From Candidatus Thermosaccharophagus tengchongensis (GTDB taxonomy: Bacteria > Armatimonadota > Fervidibacteria > Fervidibacterales > Thermosaccharophagaceae): 64,000 nucleotides of DNA. The position numbers and the translations under genes are program-made. Shown here piece by piece: positions 26,930-37,432 of this stretch; positions within the stretch are counted from its first letter, which is position 1, and each line of letters opens with the position of its first letter. The stretch lies in assembly GCA_032161105.1 (NCBI GenBank), contig JAVHTD010000016.1. One strand, given 5' to 3'. A model generated the notes under the pieces. It did no database searches. It was not told where the DNA came from and saw nothing but the letters and a program-made list of their open reading frames with translations.

Positions 26930-29722
26930 ATGCGCTTTTGGTCAGGATTAACGACGGCGTGTGTGCTCTTCATCTGCGCCATTGTGAGCACAACCTATGG
27001 AGCGGTGCTTGAGGACAACTGCGATCCATCGTTCAATGTTGCTGCACACCTGCTGCCCACAAGTCAATGGGCAAAAGGAGCCTTTTTCAAAGTCATACTG
27101 AATCAGAGCAACGCTGCCACTGGATATGTCGTCAAAGTCACCTCAAACAACGCCACTCTAAGCAGGCTTGATGGGGGTGTGGAGCGCTCTCTTGCAGCAG
27201 CCCAATTGCCAAAGGCAACACAAAATAAGCCATGGCGATTGACCATCCAGAGAAGGGATGCAAAGGATAAGCATCGCATTGCCGTAGTTGTTAATGGTGC
27301 GCCGATAATCATTGCGCATGATGACAAATACCTCGGTGGGAGCGTGCACTGGCAGGCAAGCAATGGCGTGCTTAAGGGCGAGCTGCGCTATCAACCAATT
27401 GAACCTGTTTGCTTCGTGGATGACTTTATGAGAACAGCTGAGGAGCCATCCGGATGGGAGGCTGTAAGCGGTATTTGGTCAGTCGGACAAACGCAATCTC
27501 TGCGCACAAACATCGGCTCACCGGAACCGCTGCGCACCGCAAACGCGTTTGCTTACTACGGCAAACCGACTAATGGGGAGATGGCAATCTCAACGGTCGG
27601 CTATTGGTTCTGGGACACTTACACTGTTGATGTTTCCATGTGCGCTGATTCCGACGGCGTTGTCGGAGTAATCGCGTGCTATCAGGACAGCAACAACTAC
27701 ATCGTGTTCCGTTGGACATCACGGCACAGCAAAAGGAGAGCCGAGATTGTCAGCCTCATTGATGGGACTGAGCGCATCATGGCAAGCGCACCGATAGGAT
27801 ATGAGCCAAAGCAATGGTATCGGATGACGATGCGATTCAACGAAAGCGTTATTGAGGCATTCATTGACGGCATCAAAGTTTGCGAGGCAAAGAAGCCGCC
27901 GCTCATTGAGGGAACTTCAGGATTGTGCGTTTACGGCACATCGGCATGTTTTGATGACTTCGCTGTAACTCACTGGGATGGCTCACGCCAATTGCCACTT
28001 GCATACTACGCAAAGATTGCGCAAGGCTTCCAGCGCGAGGAGACAATGGCGCAGTGGGCATCGCCAATCGGAGATTGGGTTGAAAGGCGTTCACAGGATG
28101 GCTCAACATATTGGGAGCATCGTGGGTTGTTCTTCGGTGACGCATCCGTTAGCGTGCCCATCAGCCAGAGCAATTCAAGTGGTGAACTCAAGCTAAGTTT
28201 CGTCCCGAGTGGCATCAGGGATGCGAAAGGATCATCGTGCACTTTGCATCTTCACAGGCTTGCTTATGAGCTTCTTGTGGATGGCAAGGTAGTGTCATCC
28301 GGGAAGCTCAACACATTGAGCAGCACAACTGGCGAACTTGAGTTAAAACTCGCAGGGGCAAAGGTGAGCGCGGGCATCAATGGGAGGGAAATTGCGAGTG
28401 CCCGACTTAACAGGGGCTTTCAAGGTTACAGGCTCACATTGACAAGCAGCGGATTCAACCTCCCAATGAATGCAATCAGAGTTTCAGCGACGAATGTCAT
28501 TGATGACACATTCGCCAATGCTCCGACGCTTTGGTGGGCATGGCGTGGTGAGTGGTCAATTGCGCCAAGATGGGCATGCGACCCATCATGGGGATGGTTT
28601 GGCGGTGGCGGGAGCGACTGCCCAACGCTATGGAGCAAACCATCATTCAAAGGCGACATCGTCGTTGAAGCGTTCATGATGATAGCGATGGACTTGCCGA
28701 GGAGCCCGGGGTATAGCCATCCGAGCGATTTGAATCTAACAATATGCGGCGATGGGCTTAACCTTGACAGCGGCTATAGCTTCATCTTCGCCGGCTGGAG
28801 AAACACAATGACAGCAATACTGCGCAAGGATAGGATCGTCAGCTCCACAAATGAGTTCAGGATGATCAACCCGACAAGTTCAAACCCGGACTTCCACAGG
28901 CATTGGTTTTACATCCGTGTGGAAAAGCTCGGCTCAAAGCTGCGCTACTTCATTGATGATAAACTCGCACTTGAATACGAGGATGAGAAGCCGCTTGATG
29001 GCGGTAAGATAGCGCTATGGACATTCCACAACACCTTGATGGTAGCGCGTGTGCGCATTTGGTATGAACAAATGGAGATGCAAGGCGAATACCCGTGCAC
29101 ATGCGACATTGAGAGAGCTGCAAAGCGCACCCTCATTGAGGGAACTCCGACAGTTCCCTCTGGAAAGACCATCGTGCACGACTTTGAAGCTGATGTGTGC
29201 GGCTGGAGCAGCAGGTGGCTTAACGATGGTGCAATCATCATGCTTGATGATTCAACCGCATCAACCGGCAAGCGCAGCTTAAAGGTGCTCACAGCAAAAG
29301 GCGGCGGTCATCTCTCTACATGGGTCGGCGTTGAGGCATTTGATGCTGCTCAATATCCGGTGCTCAGGTTTGACTACAATGTTCCGCCAAACATCAAAGT
29401 CAACCTCTACATACGAGCCTTTGGAAGTTATTACGCCTTTGAGTTCACCGGCGGGCAACAACCGGAAGGCACGGCACCGCTCATCGGCAAGGTTGAGAAT
29501 GTAGTTGCCGATGGCAAATGGCACACTGCAACGGTGTATCTGTATGACGCTTTGAGGAAGCTCTTCCCGCAGGCAAGCTCAATACCTGTGAGTGAGATAT
29601 GTTTTGCTGTGCCGGATGAAACTTACCTGCGCTGCGGCATTGGTGGGAATAGAGCCGGCGATTACTTCAACATTGACAATTTCAGGCTCATCGCGTCGGA
29701 TGAGGCAAACGCACAAAGGTGA
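26930..29722 (+). CDS. Large secreted protein with repeated concanavalin/LamG- (DUF1080-like) beta-sandwich domains
   Basis: Signal peptide; repeated D.F.....W....G.W starts; GV.ACYQDSNNYIVFRW, QWY.M.....IE.FIDG, HWFYIRVEK.G..L.YFID; C-terminal CBM-like module (QYP.LRFDY, ADGKWH). Confidence 0.6.
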   Translation: MRFWSGLTTACVLFICAIVSTTYGAVLEDNCDPSFNVAAHLLPTSQWAKGAFFKVILNQSNAATGYVVKVTSNNATLSRLDGGVERSLAAAQLPKATQNKPWRLTIQRRDAKDKHRIAVVVNGAPIIIAHDDKYLGGSVHWQASNGVLKGELRYQPIEPVCFVDDFMRTAEEPSGWEAVSGIWSVGQTQSLRTNIGSPEPLRTANAFAYYGKPTNGEMAISTVGYWFWDTYTVDVSMCADSDGVVGVIACYQDSNNYIVFRWTSRHSKRRAEIVSLIDGTERIMASAPIGYEPKQWYRMTMRFNESVIEAFIDGIKVCEAKKPPLIEGTSGLCVYGTSACFDDFAVTHWDGSRQLPLAYYAKIAQGFQREETMAQWASPIGDWVERRSQDGSTYWEHRGLFFGDASVSVPISQSNSSGELKLSFVPSGIRDAKGSSCTLHLHRLAYELLVDGKVVSSGKLNTLSSTTGELELKLAGAKVSAGINGREIASARLNRGFQGYRLTLTSSGFNLPMNAIRVSATNVIDDTFANAPTLWWAWRGEWSIAPRWACDPSWGWFGGGGSDCPTLWSKPSFKGDIVVEAFMMIAMDLPRSPGYSHPSDLNLTICGDGLNLDSGYSFIFAGWRNTMTAILRKDRIVSSTNEFRMINPTSSNPDFHRHWFYIRVEKLGSKLRYFIDDKLALEYEDEKPLDGGKIALWTFHNTLMVARVRIWYEQMEMQGEYPCTCDIERAAKRTLIEGTPTVPSGKTIVHDFEADVCGWSSRWLNDGAIIMLDDSTASTGKRSLKVLTAKGGGHLSTWVGVEAFDAAQYPVLRFDYNVPPNIKVNLYIRAFGSYYAFEFTGGQQPEGTAPLIGKVENVVADGKWHTATVYLYDALRKLFPQASSIPVSEICFAVPDETYLRCGIGGNRAGDYFNIDNFRLIASDEANAQR

Positions 29723-29746
29723 GTTGAGGGGGCGTTAAAAAGTCCA

Positions 29747-30634
29747 TTAGGGTGACTGTTGAATTGACCTGCGTATGGCGATGGTGCGCTCATACGCTTC
29801 CTTGCGGCGCATCTTTAACTTCGCCATTAGCTCACGCACGATTTCCTTCGTCGTCAAGCCATTCATCAACTTGCTTCGGATGAAGTTATCAATCTCATCA
29901 TCGCATGTCATGGGCTTAGTGACGCAACTCCCCTTTGCGCCCTCAACAACGAGGGTAAATTCGCCAATTGGCTCGGTCAATGTATAGCGCTTGAGTGCTC
30001 CCTCCAAGTCGGTGGCGAATATCTCCTCAAACTGTTTTGTGAGTTCCCTCGCCACAACAACTCTTCGGTTGCCGAGGATGCTGAGCAAATCTTTGAGTGT
30101 CTCCTTGAGCCTGTGGGGTGCTTCGTAGATAACGATTGGGTGACGCCAATTGCTCACCTCACTCAACAGCTCACATCTATCCTTTCGGTCTCTCGGCAGG
30201 AAGCCCAAGAAGACAAAGCGCTGTGCCCTCATGCCAGCTGCTGAAAGTGCCACGACCGCAGCAGATGGACCTGGTATGGGCACCACTTTATAACCGCACG
30301 ATAAAGCCGCATTGACTATTTCAGCGCCCGGGTCGGAAATGCAGGGTGTGCCAGCATCGGAAATGATGGCTATACTTCTTCCACCCTCAAGCAGCTTGAG
30401 CAATTGGCGCAGCCTTGACTTCGGTGAGTGCTCATGAAAGCTTATCACGGGCTTTTTGATCTCATAGCTGTTGAGCAAGCGCTTTGCCACTCTCGTATCC
30501 TCAGCAACGATGAAGTCAACCATCCGAAGAACATCAAGCGCACGCAGCGTTATGTCGCGGAGATTCCCTATCGGCGTTGCGCAAACATAAAGCACCCCTT
30601 TCCCCTTTGTCTCCCCCGATGGGTTGCAATCCAT
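29747..30634 (-). CDS. rsmI: 16S rRNA (cytidine1402-2'-O)-methyltransferase
   Basis: LYVCATPIGNL.DITLRAL, AEDTR, SDAGTPCISDPG, PIPGPSA, YEAPHRL, ARELTK.FEE, GEFTLVV. Confidence 0.97.
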   Translation of the reverse strand: MDCNPSGETKGKGVLYVCATPIGNLRDITLRALDVLRMVDFIVAEDTRVAKRLLNSYEIKKPVISFHEHSPKSRLRQLLKLLEGGRSIAIISDAGTPCISDPGAEIVNAALSCGYKVVPIPGPSAAVVALSAAGMRAQRFVFLGFLPRDRKDRCELLSEVSNWRHPIVIYEAPHRLKETLKDLLSILGNRRVVVARELTKQFEEIFATDLEGALKRYTLTEPIGEFTLVVEGAKGSCVTKPMTCDDEIDNFIRSKLMNGLTTKEIVRELMAKLKMRRKEAYERTIAIRRSIQQSP

Positions 30635-30700
30635 TGGCGCTCATTCACCCTTGATGTCCTCAACGCATTACATGATTGGCTCATGCCTCAACAACGAGCA

Positions 30701-30796
30701 TTAACGATTCTTCTTCTTGTGCCTGTGCATTCGGCGGCGCTTCTTCTGCCAATGCTTCTTCACCTTCTTGCGATGCTTCTTCTTGTCCGAGGGCAC
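30701..30796 (-). CDS. 31-aa basic peptide, AURKAIP1/COX24 (ribosomal protein bS22/mS38)-like: MPSDKKKHRKKVKKHWQKKRRRMHRHKKKNR (not in ORF track)
   Basis: Translated by hand. GTG at 30796 lies 9 nt after GGAGG; TAA at 30701-30703. Pattern MPS.KK..R.K.K.H..KKR....RHKKK. Confidence 0.8.
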   Translation of the reverse strand: MPSDKKKHRKKVKKHWQKKRRRMHRHKKKNR

Positions 30797-31204
30797 AATC
30801 CATCACCTCCATCGTAAGCCAAAGAATCCCCGCCAACTCACTTTGGCATGCTGAGATGCTCCTGGCGGAGAATGATGGCGCTCACTACCAACGGGACATA
30901 CAATCCCATATCCCTTTGAAGTATCGCGCCGACTGTAAAGCACAACACTTCTGGATGCCATCTGAGCAAGGGCTTTTCGCTGGCAAGCTGCAGCTACTTC
31001 ATCATTTTTGTGCAGCCGATCGGATTTGTAAAGCAATTCCGTTAGTGCAAACGATGCTGTGGGATAAGCCAGCTGGCATTACGAAACAGCGCGCCGTTCC
31101 CAATTCGGCTGAGCGTGATCACCCATTGGGTTGCCCCTCACTACTGATGTGCAAAAGTTGAAGTGATGATGAACTTCACGATGGCTTCTCATCCTGCTAT
31201 GACT

Positions 31205-32203
31205 TCACGCTATTCCGAGCAAGTGTAGGACGCTAACCGTGAGCGCACACAAAGCCATCTTGAACTGGTGCTCAAGCGGTGTTGGCTCATCCGTTTTTGA
31301 GTGCCTGTTGTTGCGCACCTCAATGCTCAGCCTGAGCATCTCATAATGCCTGCCTTCCCAAAATGCTTTGAGGAACTGCTGCCTCTGTTGCCCGCGATAT
31401 GGCACGAAAGCCTCAGCAATTGGATTTGCGCCCAGCTTCTTCCACGAGTTGATGATGACCTCAGACCACTCTTTCAACTTTCCTTTTTCAACCTCGCTTA
31501 ACTCGTCGTAGTCCGCTGGAAGCAAAACAGCCTCGTCAACTTCGTGCTGGTGCATCTCAAGGTAATGGGTATAGCGGTGTGCACGATAGCACTCATCAAT
31601 TGCAATTGCATGCGTTGAATTGCGATTGGTGTTCGGCTCAACGAATGTGTTGTCGTCAATTTGCTCGTAGATGATTCCAATGACTCTCGGATGATGTTCG
31701 CTGTAGCGCCACTGCGGGTAGCGCCCAAAACGGCTGCCATCATTCGCTATCCCAAATGCCACCTTGAGGAAGGCATCGTTATCGTAGGCTGTTCCATCCC
31801 AACATCTAACTGGGCTTCTGGCTCTACCCTGAGAATTCGTATCGGGGATGAGCGTGATCAGCGCCTTGGAAAGTATCTCGTCAATCGGCAACCTACTTTC
31901 AGTGCCATCAAGATGATGCCCAGTCAGAAGTTGGCACGCAAAATCAACACATGCTGCAGTCCCAGCTGGCTCGTGAGCATGTGGCACTGTGACGAGCAGG
32001 CGAACGCCCTTCTCAGACTGGCGCTTATGGTCATCGGTTATGGTCAACCCGTAGACTCTTATCCCGCCATACTGCACCCACGAGTGTTTGCGCACCGATG
32101 TGCTGTAAAGCTTGCACCATTCATCAACCATCGGCTGCCATTCTTCGGGATGGCTGTGCCAACAGGAGGCAGCGTCACATGAGACTAACGATGCTATATC
32201 CAT
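31205..32203 (-). CDS. M14-like zinc carboxypeptidase/deacylase-fold protein
   Basis: PHAHEPAG (HxxE), IPDTNSQGRAR, LEMHQ, SIEV; no signal peptide. ATG at 32203 is well spaced from GGGGGTGA. Confidence 0.65.
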   Translation of the reverse strand: MDIASLVSCDAASCWHSHPEEWQPMVDEWCKLYSTSVRKHSWVQYGGIRVYGLTITDDHKRQSEKGVRLLVTVPHAHEPAGTAACVDFACQLLTGHHLDGTESRLPIDEILSKALITLIPDTNSQGRARSPVRCWDGTAYDNDAFLKVAFGIANDGSRFGRYPQWRYSEHHPRVIGIIYEQIDDNTFVEPNTNRNSTHAIAIDECYRAHRYTHYLEMHQHEVDEAVLLPADYDELSEVEKGKLKEWSEVIINSWKKLGANPIAEAFVPYRGQQRQQFLKAFWEGRHYEMLRLSIEVRNNRHSKTDEPTPLEHQFKMALCALTVSVLHLLGIA

Positions 32204-32275
32204 GCTCATTCACCCCCGTCAAAGCCAGAACTTATGCTACTGGCAGCGCTTGTGAACTGGCGGTAATTCGTGAAA

Positions 32276-33451
32276 TCAGTCACCAAATAGCTTCTCAAAC
32301 TTGAGCTCCCAAACCAGCGATTTCAACTTCTCAAGGTTGGCGATGATGGCGTCTTCCAATTCCAACGGGGCTGACTGCCCCTTTAGCGCGAGTTCATCCA
32401 TGAGCATGTAGAGCTTGTCAATCTCGCCCACAAGGCTACTCACTGCCTCGTAGAGCTTCTGATTGCGCTTTGCATAAGGTAGCGTCTCATGAATAACGGC
32501 TTTGAGCTTCTTCCACTCTTCCAATCGGAGGTGGCGGCATGAAAAGTCAGTTTCTCGCAAAAGTTTTGCGACCCTATCAGCGTTAGCCTTCATGAACTCT
32601 TCGGCTTCGGCGTTTGTCATATCGTAGAAATCAAAAACGGCGAAGTGAAATCGGTTAATACCCGCCTTGCATTCCAATTCTGTGACGATGGGATAGGTCT
32701 CCACGCTCACCTTAGCGCTTGCAACTTCCTCTGGCAGGAAAACAGCTCCACAACCACCAACAGTATGTCCTTTCGCCCTGTCAAACTTTTTGTCCAAATA
32801 AACCAGCCACCACTCATTCTGCGGCGAAATCTCCCCCCTTTTCTCCTGCGTTATAGCCCTGATCGGTGTGACCGCACATCGCTCACCCTGTGTCGTGTAA
32901 GCTGCTGGATAGGCAACTAAGCGAACCAAAAGCGACTTTAATTCCGCCCTCGCAAATACGCTAACTTCAGCGAGAAGTGCTCTATCTCTCGGAAATATCA
33001 GGAAGGTCAACCGAACATGGATATCGCTTCTATCCCAGACAATTTGAACCGAACCTCGCTCACCGTCTTCCAGCTTTCTGATAGCCGATGGTTTTGTCAA
33101 ACCGATGTCTTTCCCATTTGCGATGATGTAAAGGAAGCCATTGCCATACCAATTTTCCCACCTTGGTTCCGGCATTCCAATGTAGCCTTCCGGAGTTGCC
33201 ACATCTGGGGCATGCGATTTGTCAGCACAGTAGCCATACTTTATCGCATACCGAATGGAGCCAGAGTCGAGCGAAAATGTCATCGTTTTTCGCTCATGAT
33301 CGCTATGACCCGGGTAGCCCCTCCAAACTTCTGACTTCCATTCGCTAACTTCAACGATAACATCAAATTCATCGCCCTGTTTGGGGAGGCTAACACATGG
33401 CGCAAAAAACACCAACGCAATTGCCAACGGATTCACAAAAATAGCCCTCAT
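32276..33451 (-). CDS. Secreted hypothetical protein (beta-rich body, helical C-terminus)
   Basis: Long ORF with hydrophobic leader from ATG 33451 (GAGGT upstream); in an apparent operon with the flanking genes. Confidence 0.7.
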   Translation of the reverse strand: MRAIFVNPLAIALVFFAPCVSLPKQGDEFDVIVEVSEWKSEVWRGYPGHSDHERKTMTFSLDSGSIRYAIKYGYCADKSHAPDVATPEGYIGMPEPRWENWYGNGFLYIIANGKDIGLTKPSAIRKLEDGERGSVQIVWDRSDIHVRLTFLIFPRDRALLAEVSVFARAELKSLLVRLVAYPAAYTTQGERCAVTPIRAITQEKRGEISPQNEWWLVYLDKKFDRAKGHTVGGCGAVFLPEEVASAKVSVETYPIVTELECKAGINRFHFAVFDFYDMTNAEAEEFMKANADRVAKLLRETDFSCRHLRLEEWKKLKAVIHETLPYAKRNQKLYEAVSSLVGEIDKLYMLMDELALKGQSAPLELEDAIIANLEKLKSLVWELKFEKLFGD

Positions 33452-33474
33452 CTTTGACCTCGCCCCCATAGGGT

Positions 33475-36400
33475 TCAGTGTGCATAATCTTGACTTGGCA
33501 ACACACGAAGCCGCCAAATCGCTTTAACTCCAGTAGCCACATCTCGCACAGCTACAGTCCAAGTGCCAATTTGGTCATTGTAGGCGAATGGCAGATTGAT
33601 GAAAGCGGGCTTGATTGAAGTCCCATCCGTCCGCAATGTGCGAGCATAATGCCATACATCCTCACCTTTGGGATCTTGAAAGCGCAGGCGGTATATGTGA
33701 CCCTCTGGAGGCGCTCCCCCAAACACCTGCAACGAAATTCCCAATTTCGCCGAGGAACCTGCGAAGATCTTTGAGTCACCCGAAATCTTCAACCCAATGA
33801 CCCTGTATGGCAGCAACGAGAGCAATTTCGCCGAATTTGGGCTAATTATCAGCGAAACCGAGCCGGAAAAGCCGAGATAATTGCCACTTCGCTGGTCATA
33901 GATATGAGCCGGTTTAGAAAGCACAAATCTGGCTGGAACATCCTTTGAAATTGGCGATGGTCTTGGTGCGAGTATGCCAACGGTGACAATGCTGCCCCGC
34001 TTAAACCGTGAAACGCGACAGTCAAGCATTGCCTTCCCATCTGGCGTCAAGATTTGGCAGAATGGTTTCACACCAGCCGATAAAGCAATCCCAAAAATTA
34101 AATCCCTGAGCCACTCCCGCTTGGCAACCTCAATGTTTCGGTAATGTGCTACGGCAAAGTTGAGCAAAATAGCCGTCCCTCCCCCGACACGATTGACGAT
34201 AATTGCCGGGACATCTTCTGCCATCCCCAAAGCTTTGCCCATGGTAACCTTTACAGCTGCGTCAGTGAGCACTTCAAACCCTTCCAACTCCGCTATGTTA
34301 AGGCTCATTTTAGCCATGGGGAAAGATTGCCTTTTCACCCTCAAAAGTGCCCTCCTCGGGGCACATAGCTGACCTGCCCTCTCAACTCCAAAGAGCTTAT
34401 CAAGGGCACCGCTGTTTCGTAAAACGCATCGTCCATCCATAATCGCTGGAACGACATCCGCAATTACCACCCCACCATTTTCGACAAACTGATGGATTGC
34501 TTTAACTTCTTCATCCGAAATAGCCTGCTCATAGGCGAGGAAAAGCAGTTTCGGTGCTCCTTTAGCCATCAAGATGCCGCTCTTGACCTGATTTGAGGTT
34601 ATGTAATACGGCTGAAAACCGGCGTCAGAAATGAGAGTAATAGCGGAAAAATGCTCCTGATTGCGTGTCACTCCAAATGGGGAGTGCAACGCGGCTGCAT
34701 GAACGCTTGCCTGAGAGTGGTAAATGGCAATTGGGTCGTTATCGTGTTCACTCGCCATCTGAAGCTGCCCAATGCCGTCAACAATTTCCCTCAAATCTGG
34801 TAGGAACGCATTAGCCCAGTAGCCGAAAGTTAAATCGTTGTTGAAGATGGTCTCACATGTGTAGCAGCAGTAAATTTGAAAGAGGTTGCTCCCGTCAAGG
34901 AAGGTATCCCACAGGAATCTTTGAAGCCCGCCCAAATCACGCCTTGCACTGACATAACCACCAAACCAACTCCCCCGGATGAGTGAGCGTGGTGCAAGGG
35001 AGCGAAGGAGCGTTTGATAAACTGGGTCACGATAAGGTCCCCAAAATTCCAACCCATGAATTGTCTTCTCCAAATCGCCCGGCTCCGAGCCTTCCGAGCC
35101 AACTTTGGCATAAGGGTCAACGCTTTTGTAGACTTTGTTGAGCCAGTGATGCCAGCGGGCATACAATTCCTCACGATAGGTTTCGGTATCATGATACTGT
35201 GCGAAACGGCGCTTTTCCCTTGCCTCACTTAGCCTAATGGGCATCGCCTCATCAAAAGATGAGAAATTTGTCCCCCAAGCCCTATTGAGCTCCTCAATCG
35301 TCCCATACTCCCTTTTGAGGTAGGAGATAAACCCCTGCCTGTCAGCGTCTTCAAAGCCGGCTTCCTCAGGGATTGAGTTTTCATCCCCGAGCGAATAGAC
35401 GAGTGGCGCATAAATGGCAAAGAACTGTGCCGTCTTCTTGAACTCATTGAGCCTGCGCTCGTAAGTTGCATTATCCCCAAGGGAGCGCCACTGCGTAATG
35501 TGAGTTGTGTAAGGCACCGATAGCATATCATCCATTGAGACTGCCGAAATAAGCCGTCTCTCAAAATTCTCGCTCTCCTCCCACGGTCTAAAGTAGTGTG
35601 GCAAAAGGACGGTGTTGAATCCAGCTTTGCGAATTTGCTCATGCAGCCAATGCCCCAAAATGCCCGGTAGCGTGCCCCAAAGGAGCGTCGGGAAAATCTC
35701 AAGTTGCCGCCTCGGAATGAAGAACACTCTCTCCACTTGGTCAACTGGTTCTTTTCCAGCCATCAATATCGCTCTGCATCTGCCAGCAATACTAACGGCG
35801 TTGGTGAGCGGCACACCGAAGCGAATTTGCAAATCACTGCGGCGCAACTTTATGGAATGCTTTGCATAAATGCGTTGGTAGTTATCAAGCAGGCGAATGG
35901 CGACGGACCAATCCTTTCCCGAAGGCGGTGAGGAGAGCTTGACAGTGCCAGTGGCATGTTCTGTGCGCTCATAGCTCGGTTTGTCCATCTCCAACGCAGC
36001 AATGCTCACTTCGGGCTTGACATCAAGCCAAAAGGAAGCCCACCCAAGAGCGCCATTTGCACCGATGACACGAACATCAAAGTAATGTCCACCGCCACAC
36101 AGCCTTTTGACTGTGATTGGGACTTCGTTGCTACCCCGTTGCAAATTGATCTTTGTGACCGTCTGCTGTTCTTCCTCTCCCCATGCATTTCTGATGGTCA
36201 CAATGACCCTCGCTTCCGCCTGCAACTCGGACTTGATGACAAGCTTCAGGCTCATCGGCAATGATAGGCGCTTCACCGGCGTCCGGCAAATTTCGGGCAT
36301 TTCAATTGAGGTTGGCGGCTCTCGCTTTGCCGCCCAGACAATGGCATTGATAATGAGCATTTGGTGATACTCATACTGAGCCTGACTTTGAAAGGTGAAT

Positions 36401-37143
36401 GATTCCCTTGGCGTGAGACAGAATCCACCATAGGTTGCATCCGACTGTATGCCGAAATCAATCTGAACCACTCTGCCATCCTTCAAACGATATGCGCCCA
36501 CAAGCTTCTCGCCGATTTGATCCAGTGAGGTCAACTTCGCTTTCGTGACAAAGACATCTTTGTAAAACGAAAGCCCGCCAAATGGTATGCCCGAACAAAT
36601 GAACCTTCTCCCATCATCGTCTGGATGGCGAAAGAATTCCGGTCTTGGGTTGCGCCTGTAAACCAGCACAAGCCCACTGCCTTCAGTCACCTGCTCGGCA
36701 ATTCGGTATTGAACCTCAATTGGGAGCAGCGCATAGTCAAAGTTTGCCAACACAATGACATCATACCTTTGCTTGAGCTTTCTGAGCAGGGCTATTGCCT
36801 TCTCTTTTGGCGATGTGCCCTGAACTTGAGCGTGGTAAATGTCGGTGGCACCCAAGCTGCGTTCGCTGATTGTGGATTCGCCGAAGACTTCCAAATCAAG
36901 CCTTTGTGCTAACTCTGCCACCTCTCTCGCTGCCGTATAAGGCGCAATGAAGAAAGCCCTGATCTTCCCCCGTGAATATGGTTTTGCCCAAGGGATGTGA
37001 GGTGTAGTGTAGCCAGTCCACATTTCATTCATGTAATCTCCGGGAAGCCTTTGCGCAAAGGCAGCCTCAAAGTGGGCTAATACCGACAGCAATACGATCA
37101 ATTCAACCAGCCCACCATGCGCCATCAGGGTAGCCAACCGCAT
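33475..37143 (-). CDS. Large secreted GH42-like (beta-galactosidase-like) glycoside hydrolase with trimerisation-like domain
   Basis: Signal peptide; TPHIPWAKP; SLGDE; F..YLK..YGTI..LN.AWGT.F.SF; GSEG; IAIYHSQAS; FV..GG.VIAD..P; C-terminal Ig-like GTW.V.V.DVATG. Confidence 0.72.
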   Translation of the reverse strand: MRLATLMAHGGLVELIVLLSVLAHFEAAFAQRLPGDYMNEMWTGYTTPHIPWAKPYSRGKIRAFFIAPYTAAREVAELAQRLDLEVFGESTISERSLGATDIYHAQVQGTSPKEKAIALLRKLKQRYDVIVLANFDYALLPIEVQYRIAEQVTEGSGLVLVYRRNPRPEFFRHPDDDGRRFICSGIPFGGLSFYKDVFVTKAKLTSLDQIGEKLVGAYRLKDGRVVQIDFGIQSDATYGGFCLTPRESFTFQSQAQYEYHQMLIINAIVWAAKREPPTSIEMPEICRTPVKRLSLPMSLKLVIKSELQAEARVIVTIRNAWGEEEQQTVTKINLQRGSNEVPITVKRLCGGGHYFDVRVIGANGALGWASFWLDVKPEVSIAALEMDKPSYERTEHATGTVKLSSPPSGKDWSVAIRLLDNYQRIYAKHSIKLRRSDLQIRFGVPLTNAVSIAGRCRAILMAGKEPVDQVERVFFIPRRQLEIFPTLLWGTLPGILGHWLHEQIRKAGFNTVLLPHYFRPWEESENFERRLISAVSMDDMLSVPYTTHITQWRSLGDNATYERRLNEFKKTAQFFAIYAPLVYSLGDENSIPEEAGFEDADRQGFISYLKREYGTIEELNRAWGTNFSSFDEAMPIRLSEAREKRRFAQYHDTETYREELYARWHHWLNKVYKSVDPYAKVGSEGSEPGDLEKTIHGLEFWGPYRDPVYQTLLRSLAPRSLIRGSWFGGYVSARRDLGGLQRFLWDTFLDGSNLFQIYCCYTCETIFNNDLTFGYWANAFLPDLREIVDGIGQLQMASEHDNDPIAIYHSQASVHAAALHSPFGVTRNQEHFSAITLISDAGFQPYYITSNQVKSGILMAKGAPKLLFLAYEQAISDEEVKAIHQFVENGGVVIADVVPAIMDGRCVLRNSGALDKLFGVERAGQLCAPRRALLRVKRQSFPMAKMSLNIAELEGFEVLTDAAVKVTMGKALGMAEDVPAIIVNRVGGGTAILLNFAVAHYRNIEVAKREWLRDLIFGIALSAGVKPFCQILTPDGKAMLDCRVSRFKRGSIVTVGILAPRPSPISKDVPARFVLSKPAHIYDQRSGNYLGFSGSVSLIISPNSAKLLSLLPYRVIGLKISGDSKIFAGSSAKLGISLQVFGGAPPEGHIYRLRFQDPKGEDVWHYARTLRTDGTSIKPAFINLPFAYNDQIGTWTVAVRDVATGVKAIWRLRVLPSQDYAH

Positions 37144-37432
37144 ATCCGCTCACCCTCTATGCGCTCTACAGTAAGGCAACTTACAAAACGCTATGCGGAT
37201 GAATTTTGCCCTTGCACTGCATTGCAAAGACACCGCGCACCTTCCAGCTGTGAATGTTAGCATTGCCAACCAACTTGAGCAAACGAAGATGCGTTCCGCT
37301 TGACGGTGTTCATGTGTCATTGCGGCTATAGCTTTACAGACCATATCCGACTGCCTATACTCATGAGCTGACCATTGGCTTCCAGTGATTGTGAATGGCA
37401 GACAAGCAGCCCAGCATGTGGAGGTGAGAGAT

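Noticed and set aside
30676..31161. 161-aa plus-strand ORF or a structured ncRNA in the gap upstream of the bS22-like gene
   Set aside because: The ORF overlaps the better-supported minus-strand peptide and has no motif; I recognised no RNA family in the gap (an Rfam scan would be needed).
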